Shown piece by piece: positions 30,614 to 39,032 of a DNA stretch of 42,780 nt (positions are counted from its first letter, which is position 1; every line of letters starts with the position of its first letter). The stretch lies in IMG/VR virus record IMGVR_UViG_3300025575_000025, positions 1 to 42,780 of that record; one strand, written 5' to 3'. The notes under the pieces are model-generated. The model did not search any database, was not told the DNA's origin, and saw nothing but the letters and a program-made list of their open reading frames with translations. The position numbers were made by a program, and so were the translations under genes. Source of the stretch: a virus (lineage: Duplodnaviria; Caudoviricetes).

Positions 30614-30928
30614 CTAGCAATCAAATAGGGCGAGTCTCTTATTTTAGAAATACTACTAATTTGCCCTATTTGAAGTGGTTGGTATGAGCAGGTTGTAGAG
30701 GTTGATAATAGTAGAATTGATTTTATGGCATAGAATGAGGGTTGTAAGACGCTTGAATTGGAAATAGGCAAGATTGTAGGGTTGAGATGATTATAACGGA
30801 TTGTAGGCAAGGATAACGCATTAATCTATTACAGTAAATAATTTTATTTGACTTATTTTAAGTGTACTTGCATTATTCATAAAGTAGGAACATATAATAT
30901 ATAAGAAATGTAAACAGAGGAGGAAATA

Positions 30929-31159
30929 ATGATGAATTTAAAATCATTCGCCACAAATGATGAAACGAGAATGGCACTAGAGAAACTTACAATCAAGGAG
31001 CTACGTGTTATCGCAGATCAAGAAATGTTAGTAGGGAGTAAAGGTTGGAGCAAAGAAAAGTTAATTCATAACATAGTGTGGTTTGGAAGGATTTTACCTA
31101 ATACTTGGGAAAAGATTAGAAACACACCATTCAAATTATATACAGGAGTTACACTATAA
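30929..31159 (+). CDS. small protein with Rho-N/HeH-like motif
   Basis: LEKLTIKELRVIA......GSKGWSKEKLI. Confidence 0.65.
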   Translation: MMNLKSFATNDETRMALEKLTIKELRVIADQEMLVGSKGWSKEKLIHNIVWFGRILPNTWEKIRNTPFKLYTGVTL

Positions 31160-31306
31160 GGGCTTAAAAAGTCCTTTTCCTTTTGTTTGAAATCCACTTA
31201 AAATGTTTGTTTGAATCTATGGAATTAATTTAATAAGTACTTGCATAACCCTCTGATGACTTTAATATAATATAGTATGTATTAAATAAATTGGAGGGTT
31301 TAAAGT

Positions 31307-31510
31307 ATGGCAGAAACAAATGATAAAGGCTTGACTGGATTCTTTGCAAATTGCATCATAACAATTCTAGGGATCAGAAAGAGAGAAATAAATGAAGAAG
31401 AATTAATATCCTTTATCGCAAAGAAAACCAGATTGAGCAGAAAAGATATTGGTGACGTTTTGGACTATGAGCTTGAATTCCTAAAGATAAAAGGGATTGC
31501 AAAGGAGTGA
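31307..31510 (+). CDS. hypothetical protein
   Basis: GGAGG RBS; upstream TTGCAT/TATAAT. Confidence 0.7.
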   Translation: MAETNDKGLTGFFANCIITILGIRKREINEEELISFIAKKTRLSRKDIGDVLDYELEFLKIKGIAKE

Positions 31511-31516
31511 TAAATA

Positions 31517-31636
31517 ATGTATAAGAAACTCATAATTGCCTTTCTAATAGTTTTATCTGTAGTGACATACATTAACTCTCATAACTCTAATTCGCAGTCA
31601 TATAAAGGCACTCAGGGAGTAGTTATTAAGGTATAA
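31517..31636 (+). CDS. 39-aa peptide with signal-like N-terminus
   Basis: Not in track; AAGGAGTG RBS; MYKKLIIAFLIVLSVVTYINSHNSNSQSYKGTQGVVIKV; terminator CCTCAGT/ACTGAGG follows. Confidence 0.6.
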   Translation: MYKKLIIAFLIVLSVVTYINSHNSNSQSYKGTQGVVIKV

Positions 31637-31747
31637 TGGTTTATGGCCTCAGTTTAATAGACTGAGGTTTTTCTAAAATAGTTGTTGTGTTTATATTATT
31701 TATGTGTTATACTAAGGTAACAAAATTAATTAAAGGAGTTGTTATAT

Positions 31748-32425
31748 ATGAAGGAGAAAGCACCAAAAGGCTTCTCAAAGCAATGCAAAGAATGTCAGAC
31801 TTGGAATGTTAAAAATTCTATTGAATGCACTGAATGCGGAGCTGAATTAAAAACTTCAGATGGTATGCAGTTTGTTCAACCAATCAAAAACATGGTTAAA
31901 GTCGAAGAGATGAAAGTATATCTTAAATCTAAAAGTCTTAGGAATTGGGCGTTATTCACTTTAGGGATTAATAGTGCATTGAGAATATCTGATCTATTAG
32001 TACTCAAAGTTAGTGATGTAGTAGATGAAAAGGGTCATATCCGAGATAGAATAAAAGTTAAAGAAATCAAAACTAGTAAGACAAAAACATTCCCATTTTC
32101 AGCAAAGGTAACAGATGCACTTTCAATTTATATTGCTTCAGAGAACCCTACAGATGCATTGTTTCCATCAAGGCAAGGTAGTGAAGCAATAACCCGGATT
32201 CAATGTCACAGGCTCTTAAAGGGTGTAGCATTAGAAGTTGGTATTGAAGATAATATTTCGACCCATTCCATGAGAAAAACGTGGGCATACCAAGCTTACA
32301 TGAAAGGAGTCCCATTAATTCAAATTATGGACGCTCTGAACCATTCAAGTGAAGATATGACAAAAAGATATCTAGGAATCACTCAGGCAGCACTGGATGA
32401 AGTTTATATGTCAATGGATTTGTAA
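31748..32425 (+). CDS. tyrosine recombinase (catalytic-domain type) with N-terminal zinc ribbon
   Basis: Intact R (ALRISD), K (EIKTSK), HxxR (HSMRK), H (LNHSS), Y (TKRYLG); CKEC..CTEC N-terminus; RBS AAGGAG favours ATG 31748 over TTG 31739. Confidence 0.92.
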   Translation: MKEKAPKGFSKQCKECQTWNVKNSIECTECGAELKTSDGMQFVQPIKNMVKVEEMKVYLKSKSLRNWALFTLGINSALRISDLLVLKVSDVVDEKGHIRDRIKVKEIKTSKTKTFPFSAKVTDALSIYIASENPTDALFPSRQGSEAITRIQCHRLLKGVALEVGIEDNISTHSMRKTWAYQAYMKGVPLIQIMDALNHSSEDMTKRYLGITQAALDEVYMSMDL

Positions 32426-32474
32426 TACTTCGAAATAAAAGTTTCATCGTAGTGGGATAAAATGAAAAAGGAGC

Positions 32475-32726
32475 GTGTTAATTATGAAAGAATTTGCTTA
32501 TCGTGTTATTACAGAGGACGAATTATTTGTTGCTGTGGGGTTAGATGAATTACTTTCTAAGTATAAACAAGTGGGAACTGGAATAGTAAAACAACTGAAC
32601 GCTGAATTAATAGGTCAGCCAACATTAGAAGGTTTATTAGGGCCATTCTGCGATGGAATGGTAGGAGATTTACCAGTGATCAGATATGAAAGCCAAAAGG
32701 TTTATGATTACTTTATTTCTCAGTAA
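32475..32726 (+). CDS. hypothetical protein
   Basis: AAGGAG RBS; likely ATG 32484. Confidence 0.75.
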   Translation: MLIMKEFAYRVITEDELFVAVGLDELLSKYKQVGTGIVKQLNAELIGQPTLEGLLGPFCDGMVGDLPVIRYESQKVYDYFISQ

Positions 32727-32749
32727 AATGATGTTGGGGAGAAATAATT

Positions 32750-32965
32750 ATGGCGATTATAAAAATAAGACGTGGTAATGCATTATTAAATAGAGATGTA
32801 TTTATTACTGACAAAGATTCATCTTACTTTAAACAATGGTTAACGATAAAAAGATTTGATGGGGAGTTTTATTTCACGGAAGAATTAGATGACCCTGAAA
32901 TTACGCCGATGTTTGATTTAAGTCAGTTCACATGTCCTAGATATCAATTTAGATGGAGAAAGTAA
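32750..32965 (+). CDS. hypothetical protein
   Basis: GGGGAG RBS. Confidence 0.7.
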   Translation: MAIIKIRRGNALLNRDVFITDKDSSYFKQWLTIKRFDGEFYFTEELDDPEITPMFDLSQFTCPRYQFRWRK

Positions 32966-32986
32966 TTATGAAAAGGAAGGAGTATT

Positions 32987-33193
32987 ATGATGGATAAGAA
33001 ATATATTATAAAAGTTGATGCTATCAATGACGATATGATTCTAATGTTACTTGATTTTGGGACTGTAGACCATGTATCAGAGAACAATAATATTTGTAGA
33101 ATTACTATGGACTCAAGAAATGTTAAGAAACTTAAACAATGTGATGGCGTATTATCTGTGAGAGAAAGTCAATTAGGTAAATGGTTAGGTTGA
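32987..33193 (+). CDS. hypothetical protein
   Basis: AAGGAG RBS. Confidence 0.7.
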   Translation: MMDKKYIIKVDAINDDMILMLLDFGTVDHVSENNNICRITMDSRNVKKLKQCDGVLSVRESQLGKWLG

Positions 33194-33238
33194 TATGACG
33201 TAGATTAAAATGCTGATTTGATGCTATGATTATAGAGT

Positions 33239-33658
33239 ATGAAGGAGGATGAATTAATAATGTTTACAATACCTAAACATGGGTGGACTAACTTGCAAAT
33301 TGGTGATTTTACAGAGAGGGCAAGTTATTTAACAGATATTCCGAATGATTGTTTAGATGCTTTTACATATGCTCTAAAAAATAATAAACCTGTAGTAGTT
33401 TTCTTTGATGCTGAAGGTTGGGATTTTCATTTGATTGCATCATATTATCAAAGTTATATTATTATAGATAAAGATGATACGAAGGTGTATGTAATTGAAA
33501 AGAATATCAAAGAACTTGCTAAAGAACTTTATAATGACATCAATAATAATTTTGATGGTTGGTTAAATTGGGATTTCTATGATACTGTTGAAGAAAGAGA
33601 GGAAAATAAAATAAATATAATGACAAAATTATCTCAATTAAATATGGAATTAATTTAA
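33239..33658 (+). CDS. hypothetical protein
   Basis: RBS AAGGAGG suggests true start ATG 33260; flanked by junction sites 33206 and 33661. Confidence 0.8.
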   Translation: MKEDELIMFTIPKHGWTNLQIGDFTERASYLTDIPNDCLDAFTYALKNNKPVVVFFDAEGWDFHLIASYYQSYIIIDKDDTKVYVIEKNIKELAKELYNDINNNFDGWLNWDFYDTVEEREENKINIMTKLSQLNMELI

Positions 33659-33693
33659 CATAAAAGGATTCTTTCGAAGGGAGAGGTGATAAT

Positions 33694-33858
33694 ATGATAT
33701 TTGTTGATATAGATGAATGTCAAAAAGGGATTTGTGAATGCGGAACTTTTACATATAGAAGAGTTATTGTGGGAGAAAATTCATTTTACTTATGTAACAA
33801 ATGCACAGAAACATTAATAACTACATTGAAATTAGAGGAGCAGATTTTCAACCTATAA
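33694..33858 (+). CDS. 54-aa zinc-finger protein
   Basis: Not in track; GAGGTG RBS; CECG...LCNKC; stop overlaps junction site 33856. Confidence 0.65.
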   Translation: MIFVDIDECQKGICECGTFTYRRVIVGENSFYLCNKCTETLITTLKLEEQIFNL

Positions 33859-33901
33859 ATCAGTTCTTTCGAAGGTATTGAAGTAAAGGGAGGTAAGATA
33901 A

Positions 33902-34063
33902 TTGGCTGTCATGACTAGCCGTGTTAAAGAATACTGGAGATTCTATATTGATTGCGCTTTAGGATTTTATAAAAGAGTTGGGTTTTCTTGTGATGGACAA
34001 AATTTATTCCAATATGCAAACAGTTGTGTTCGAAAAGATATTAGGTACAGAAAAAGAATTTAA
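33902..34063 (+). CDS. 53-aa hypothetical protein
   Basis: Not in track; GGGAGGT RBS, TTG start; stop overlaps degenerate site 34061. Confidence 0.6.
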   Translation: MAVMTSRVKEYWRFYIDCALGFYKRVGFSCDGQNLFQYANSCVRKDIRYRKRI

Positions 34064-34092
34064 AATAACAGATTCTAATTAATATATAATAT

Positions 34093-34899
34093 ATGAAAGG
34101 TAGGATTAAACATTTGATTATATTTGATGCAGATGATAAAATAGTGAAGTCAAAAGAAGGAGCAGTTATGGTAACTAGTATATTAAAACAAGATAAATTC
34201 CATAAAGAAGATTATACTGTCAAAGAATGTACATTAGAAGAAGCAAGAGATGTTTGCAAAAACAAGCATTATTTACATAGAGTGCCTAGTATTGTCGCAC
34301 ATTATGGATTATATAAAGAAGAATTATTGTTAGGAGTAATTACTTTTGGAGTTCCACCAAGTCCTTACTTAATGAAAATCTGTGGAGAAGAATATAAAGG
34401 TGCTGTGCTTGAGTTAAATAGACTATGGTGCTATGATATCTCACCTAGAAATTCAGAGAGCTTCTTGATATCACAAGGGATTAAACTACTTAAAAAAGAT
34501 AAACCACATATTAAGATATTAGTTTCTTTTGCTGATTCAAGAGAAGATCATTTAGGATACATATATCAAGCGTCAAATTGGTTCTTTACTGGATGGTCAA
34601 TACCCGGAGGTGGAAGTATTGTAATCAATGGCAAAGAATTTCATCCTAAGAATTTAAACAACAAATACAATACAAGTGACTTGAATAAGTTAAAAGTTAT
34701 TTTAAAAACAGAAGATATTCATTATAGGCCACGAAGTAAAAAATTAAGGTATGTTTATTTTATAGGAAGTAAGAAAGAGAATAAAGAATTAAAGGTACTT
34801 TGTAAATATCCAATTCAAGATACATATCCAAAGGAATTACCAGCAGAGAAAGAATATAAGACGCAACAGCAAAAACGATTAGACAAAGAGGCTAATTAA
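34093..34899 (+). CDS. Mom-like (GNAT-fold) DNA modification enzyme
   Basis: HYLHR, LGVITFG.P, LELNRLW, NSESFLIS..IKLL, LVSFAD....HLGYIYQASNW.FTG, K.RY.YF motifs of the Mu Mom family. Confidence 0.8.
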   Translation: MKGRIKHLIIFDADDKIVKSKEGAVMVTSILKQDKFHKEDYTVKECTLEEARDVCKNKHYLHRVPSIVAHYGLYKEELLLGVITFGVPPSPYLMKICGEEYKGAVLELNRLWCYDISPRNSESFLISQGIKLLKKDKPHIKILVSFADSREDHLGYIYQASNWFFTGWSIPGGGSIVINGKEFHPKNLNNKYNTSDLNKLKVILKTEDIHYRPRSKKLRYVYFIGSKKENKELKVLCKYPIQDTYPKELPAEKEYKTQQQKRLDKEAN

Positions 34900-34969
34900 T
34901 ATAGGGAGTTTACTCTCCCTTAGTTTGCTAATAAATATACTAATTATAAATAATCTATATTAAATTTAA

Positions 34970-35293
34970 TTGAAGGAGTTAAACAATTTGAACATTAATA
35001 TTAAATCCAAAGAGAGTCAATCAATATTTAGATGCTACAGAAAGATATTAGGTAAGACATATCAATGCAGTTTCTATTTGGATTATACCGAATACATGAT
35101 GAAAATTAGGAGACTTGCGTTAGTAAAATCTGTGTCAGTTAATGTGGGAGATTACTGGTATAAGAATGAAGACAATAAATTTCCTATGGGGATTATAGTT
35201 AAAGGTATTGCTGTAAATAAAGGGGTGGTAAGGATCATTAGAGTATTTTGTTTTAGGTATTCTTTTGATATTGGATGGCTATTTAAGAAGTAG
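34970..35293 (+). CDS. hypothetical protein
   Basis: 107 aa ORF; AAGGAG RBS suggests TTG ~34988. Confidence 0.6.
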   Translation: MKELNNLNINIKSKESQSIFRCYRKILGKTYQCSFYLDYTEYMMKIRRLALVKSVSVNVGDYWYKNEDNKFPMGIIVKGIAVNKGVVRIIRVFCFRYSFDIGWLFKK

Positions 35294-35409
35294 TAGGAAC
35301 GATAAAAATCATATTTTATCCTAATTTGAGGAGGTGATGAAAAACGGTATGACATAAATAATACTACTTTTCAACAATAAGTTAATAATATTTGAGAGGA
35401 ACGTGTTTA

Positions 35410-36294
35410 ATGGAATTATATGAGTTAAGGCAAAAACAATCAATGCCACTAGAACAAAAAATAATTATGACACAACAAAGAATTAAAGAATGGCACGATC
35501 ACTGGGATGGAGAAATATACATAAGCTTTTCTGGAGGAAAGGATAGTACTGTTTTATTACATATAGCAAGATTAATTTTTCCTGAAATTACTGCTGTCTT
35601 TGTAGATACTGGATTAGAGTATCCAGAAATAAGAAGATTTGTAAAAACTATAGAAAATGTGGTATGGATTAAACCAAAGATGAATTTTAAAGAAGTTTTA
35701 GATAAATATGGATATCCTATTATTAGTAAAGAACAATCTGGGTGGATACATGATAGTTGCACTGGGAAAACAGAAAAACAAAAGCTAAGAATATTAAAGG
35801 TTAGTAAGAAATGGCAGTATCTAAAAGACGCACCATTTAAGATTAGTGATAAATGTTGCCAGATCATAAAGAAAGATCCAATGAAAAAATATGAAAAAGA
35901 AACAGGACAAAAAGGAATTTTGGGAAATCTAGCAAGCGAAGGCATGGCAAGAGAAAGAAACTATCTTAAAACTGGTTGTAATGCTTTTGAGAGCAAGAGG
36001 CCATTATCTATGCCATTAGGGTTTTGGACGGATAATGATATTCTAGAATATTTAATTACATATAATATTCCGTATTCAAGTATATACGGAGAAATCGTAG
36101 TTAGTGAGGGACTATATCAAACTACAGGTGAAAAGAGAACTGGTTGCATATTCTGTATGTATGGGGTACATTTGGAGAAGGGAGAAAATAGATTCCAGAG
36201 ATTAAAAAACTCTCATCCCAAATTGTACAACTACTGTATTGAAAACTTGGAATTAGGGAAGGTGCTTGATTATATCCATGTAAAATACGATTAA
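35410..36294 (+). CDS. PAPS-reductase-family (PP-loop) protein
   Basis: ISFSGGKDSTVL PP-loop, VDTGLEYPE, KCC..IKK.P, PLGFWT..D, RTGCIFC; RBS favours ATG 35410. Confidence 0.88.
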   Translation: MELYELRQKQSMPLEQKIIMTQQRIKEWHDHWDGEIYISFSGGKDSTVLLHIARLIFPEITAVFVDTGLEYPEIRRFVKTIENVVWIKPKMNFKEVLDKYGYPIISKEQSGWIHDSCTGKTEKQKLRILKVSKKWQYLKDAPFKISDKCCQIIKKDPMKKYEKETGQKGILGNLASEGMARERNYLKTGCNAFESKRPLSMPLGFWTDNDILEYLITYNIPYSSIYGEIVVSEGLYQTTGEKRTGCIFCMYGVHLEKGENRFQRLKNSHPKLYNYCIENLELGKVLDYIHVKYD

Positions 36295-36303
36295 ATATGT
36301 ATC

Positions 36304-36354
36304 TAATATAACTAAGTTTAGGAAGATTTACGTCTCCTAAACTTAGTTATATTA
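36304..36354. repeat. perfect 20-bp inverted repeat with 11-nt loop
   Basis: TAATATAACTAAGTTTAGGA / TCCTAAACTTAGTTATATTA. Confidence 0.8.
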
Positions 36355-36368
36355 CTGTAAAATAATAT

Positions 36369-36397
36369 TTGACAAATGTAAGTTATGTGGCTATAAT
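36369..36397 (+). promoter_or_regulatory. consensus sigma-A promoter preceded by TGTAAAATAAT (36356-36366)
   Basis: TTGACA-17-TATAAT. Confidence 0.8.
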
Positions 36398-36433
36398 AAT
36401 AAGTAGATAAAACATTTTAAGGAGTGATCTCAG

Positions 36434-36799
36434 ATGCAATCATTTAAAGCCTACTTGACCAAAAGCCTAAAAGAAATGAAAAGTCTTATAATTGATGATG
36501 ACCTTGACTCAGACACATATGCTCACTACCATGTTATCTATAAAGATAAGACTGGAATTATGTTTAGTGACTCAGAAGGAATTGACCCAAAACTTATTAA
36601 ACTTAGAAATATTGCATTTATCGAAATACATACTGGTGATGACTGGTCAGATAATGTAAATGAATATATTGATATTGAATATGCGGATATGACATCAGAA
36701 GAAATACACGAATTCGATAAAAATAGAGAAGCAAAAATTAATGAATATCTTAAAAATGAATATGGCTTCACAATGGAAAGAGTAGATTATTTAAACTAA
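36434..36799 (+). CDS. acidic hypothetical protein
   Basis: AAGGAGTG RBS, 121 aa. Confidence 0.8.
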   Translation: MQSFKAYLTKSLKEMKSLIIDDDLDSDTYAHYHVIYKDKTGIMFSDSEGIDPKLIKLRNIAFIEIHTGDDWSDNVNEYIDIEYADMTSEEIHEFDKNREAKINEYLKNEYGFTMERVDYLN

Positions 36800-36956
36800 G
36801 CAAAGTATATTAAATAAACTACCATGAAATTGCACTTTTATATGCCTCAGCAGATAGGGTAGTAAATGGGAGCAATCAAGAGCATAATGAAGCATTAGGG
36901 ACGTAAAATACGCAAAATAACCCAAAGAGAAAATATCTCCTTGGGTTATAAACATA

Positions 36957-37292
36957 TTAAATAATATTGCGTCCTTTTAGGTTAGTAATATTCTCATACT
37001 GAATGATCATATTTTCACCAACAAAGTTTTTATGATCCTTAATAATTTCCTCTATGCCTAAGTAATGTAAAAGGAAAGTATTATCAAATCCAGCATCATC
37101 ACTTTGGGATCTTAATTTACCTACTATAATCACTGCTCTTTTCAGCGTTAAAAATCCTCTGCACTCAGGCCCAAAGGTATTATAAGAAATATAAGCATTT
37201 AACCCTCTGTCAATTTCCTTGATGCCACTAGCATAATGACCATTACCATCTAAAATAACCCACATGTTTCTTGACTCTTTTTTCTTATACAT
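36957..37292 (-). CDS. hypothetical protein (only well-supported minus-strand gene in right arm)
   Basis: GAGGAG RBS; hairpin TAACCCAA/TTGGGTTA at ~36918-36948 after the stop. Confidence 0.65.
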   Translation of the reverse strand: MYKKKESRNMWVILDGNGHYASGIKEIDRGLNAYISYNTFGPECRGFLTLKRAVIIVGKLRSQSDDAGFDNTFLLHYLGIEEIIKDHKNFVGENMIIQYENITNLKGRNII

Positions 37293-37882
37293 TTCTTTCT
37301 TCTCCTCTTTTACTCCTCAGAGAAGGAATGTTTGGAAGAATATGCATACATTCTCATCTTCTAATTTGAGATGATATAGTGTATACTACTATTGTAAGAT
37401 AGGTTTCCAAACGCTTCCTTTTGAGGGAGCTTTCTTTTTGCCCTTAAATAAATTGTACGCCTCACAATCATGTCACTTAATTTTTTATTTACAAGCACAC
37501 TTTCATTCTTGCTTATAAATTACAATTTTAAACATCTTTATTAAATTATTATTCACCTCCTATATGTAGTACAATACATATTTAACCACACTATATGTTG
37601 GGGGTCAAACCCCTTTGTTGTCTGTATTCTGAATTGTTTACCTCCCTAGTCCTATTCTTGCCAACTATCTCCCTCTTCCTTGTTTATAGAAATTATCTCT
37701 ATTTCAATAGTAGGATGACTTCGTATATTTGTCAAACAAAAGGCATACCTTTACAAATTAATTACACATAAGTCCTAGTACCTTTCAAACAATTGAATAA
37801 TAATAAATAATATTTAATTAACTATTGCATTTGGGATTAGGTTTTGATATAATATATTTAGCAGGAAATTGAAGGAGGAAAG

Positions 37883-38203
37883 ATGAGAAGTATTGAATGG
37901 CAAAACACGAGAAATGCTAACTACATCTACATTCACCAAAGGATATCAAATGTTTCTCCCGGAATCGTAAGTAAATTATCCTACAATGAAAATTCAAGAG
38001 CACTTATAGGATTCTCTGAAGATCGAAGATATCTATACATCAAGAAATCAGATAATGGATTAAAATTGAGTATCGTCAACAAGAGAAGTTATGGTAGAAC
38101 ATTTTGCTCTATAACACTTGTGAAACGATTTGGTGAAGAGATTATGGGTACATATGAATTTGACAGCTTAGACGAGGGAACAGTAGTGTTAAAAAGAGTA
38201 TAG
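37883..38203 (+). CDS. hypothetical protein
   Basis: TTGCAT-17-TATAAT promoter (37825-37853); AAGGAGG RBS. Confidence 0.8.
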   Translation: MRSIEWQNTRNANYIYIHQRISNVSPGIVSKLSYNENSRALIGFSEDRRYLYIKKSDNGLKLSIVNKRSYGRTFCSITLVKRFGEEIMGTYEFDSLDEGTVVLKRV

Positions 38204-38215
38204 GAGAGTGTTTAA

Positions 38216-38347
38216 ATGTCAAAGGAACAACAAACTATTATTAAGGAACTGCTAAAAGTAATCAGTGATTCACAGTCTTGTGAGGGAATGCCATATTCAA
38301 CGAGTAGAGAATTAACATCGCTTGTAAGACAACTAGAGGTGGCTTAG
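38216..38347 (+). CDS. 43-aa hypothetical peptide
   Basis: Not in track; AGGAG RBS; fills gap between neighbours. Confidence 0.55.
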   Translation: MSKEQQTIIKELLKVISDSQSCEGMPYSTSRELTSLVRQLEVA

Positions 38348-38348
38348 A

Positions 38349-38690
38349 ATGAAGAGAATATACAAATATGAATTAACTCCATGTAATGATGGATATGTTG
38401 ATAGCATATCCTTACCAATAAGTACAAAGGTATTATCTGTGATTGGACAAGAAAATTCAATCTACTTATATGCTTTGGTAGATACAGAAGATACTCTTGA
38501 AAAACAAGTTAACTATAAAATATATGCAACAGGGCAAGAAGTTGACGATTATGTGTTGGATGATTTTAATAGTTATGTATTTTTAGGAACTGTAACATTA
38601 TATAATTCTAGGTTAGTATTCCATGTTTACCTTGATAATTATAATACCAAGATAAAAAATGCGATTTATGGGAATAGGTATTTTTATTGA
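38349..38690 (+). CDS. conserved phage hypothetical protein
   Basis: MKRIYKYEL..I.LP...VLSV..Q...LYALVD..ATG..LGTV..LVFHV pattern seen widely in phages. Confidence 0.8.
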   Translation: MKRIYKYELTPCNDGYVDSISLPISTKVLSVIGQENSIYLYALVDTEDTLEKQVNYKIYATGQEVDDYVLDDFNSYVFLGTVTLYNSRLVFHVYLDNYNTKIKNAIYGNRYFY

Positions 38691-38784
38691 CTCTTTTGCA
38701 TAGGATAAAGTATAAATAATATTTATTATGCTATTGCAATTCAATTAGATTAATGGTAAAATAAGTTAAGGAATTGAGGAGGCT

Positions 38785-39015
38785 TTGGATATGAAATTTC
38801 TTGACAGTATTGATATGGAAATAGAATACTCAAATGCAAAACCCTTCAGTGTTGATATGTGGTACAATAGATCAGTTAAATCATGGGTAGTTCAAATAAA
38901 AGACGAAGAGAATTGCCAAATTGGAGATTCAGTTTATGTTTACTCAAAACCAGAAGCGATACATCAGGTTGAATGGTGGACAGAAAAGTATAATATACCA
39001 CTCATAAGGACATGA
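38785..39015 (+). CDS. hypothetical protein
   Basis: TTGCAA-17-TAAAAT promoter; GAGGAGG RBS (likely ATG 38791). Confidence 0.75.
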   Translation: MDMKFLDSIDMEIEYSNAKPFSVDMWYNRSVKSWVVQIKDEENCQIGDSVYVYSKPEAIHQVEWWTEKYNIPLIRT

Positions 39016-39032
39016 AAGAGGAAGGTGAAAAA

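Noticed and set aside
9519-36771. Other shadow ORFs (9519+, 12038+, 15622-, 16126-, 18862-, 19796-, 21235-, 21357-, 22945-, 23427-, 23912-, 23988-, 24864-, 27399-, 30550-, 35152-, 35499-, 36538-)
   Set aside because: They overlap better-supported genes on the opposite strand and have low-complexity antisense-type composition
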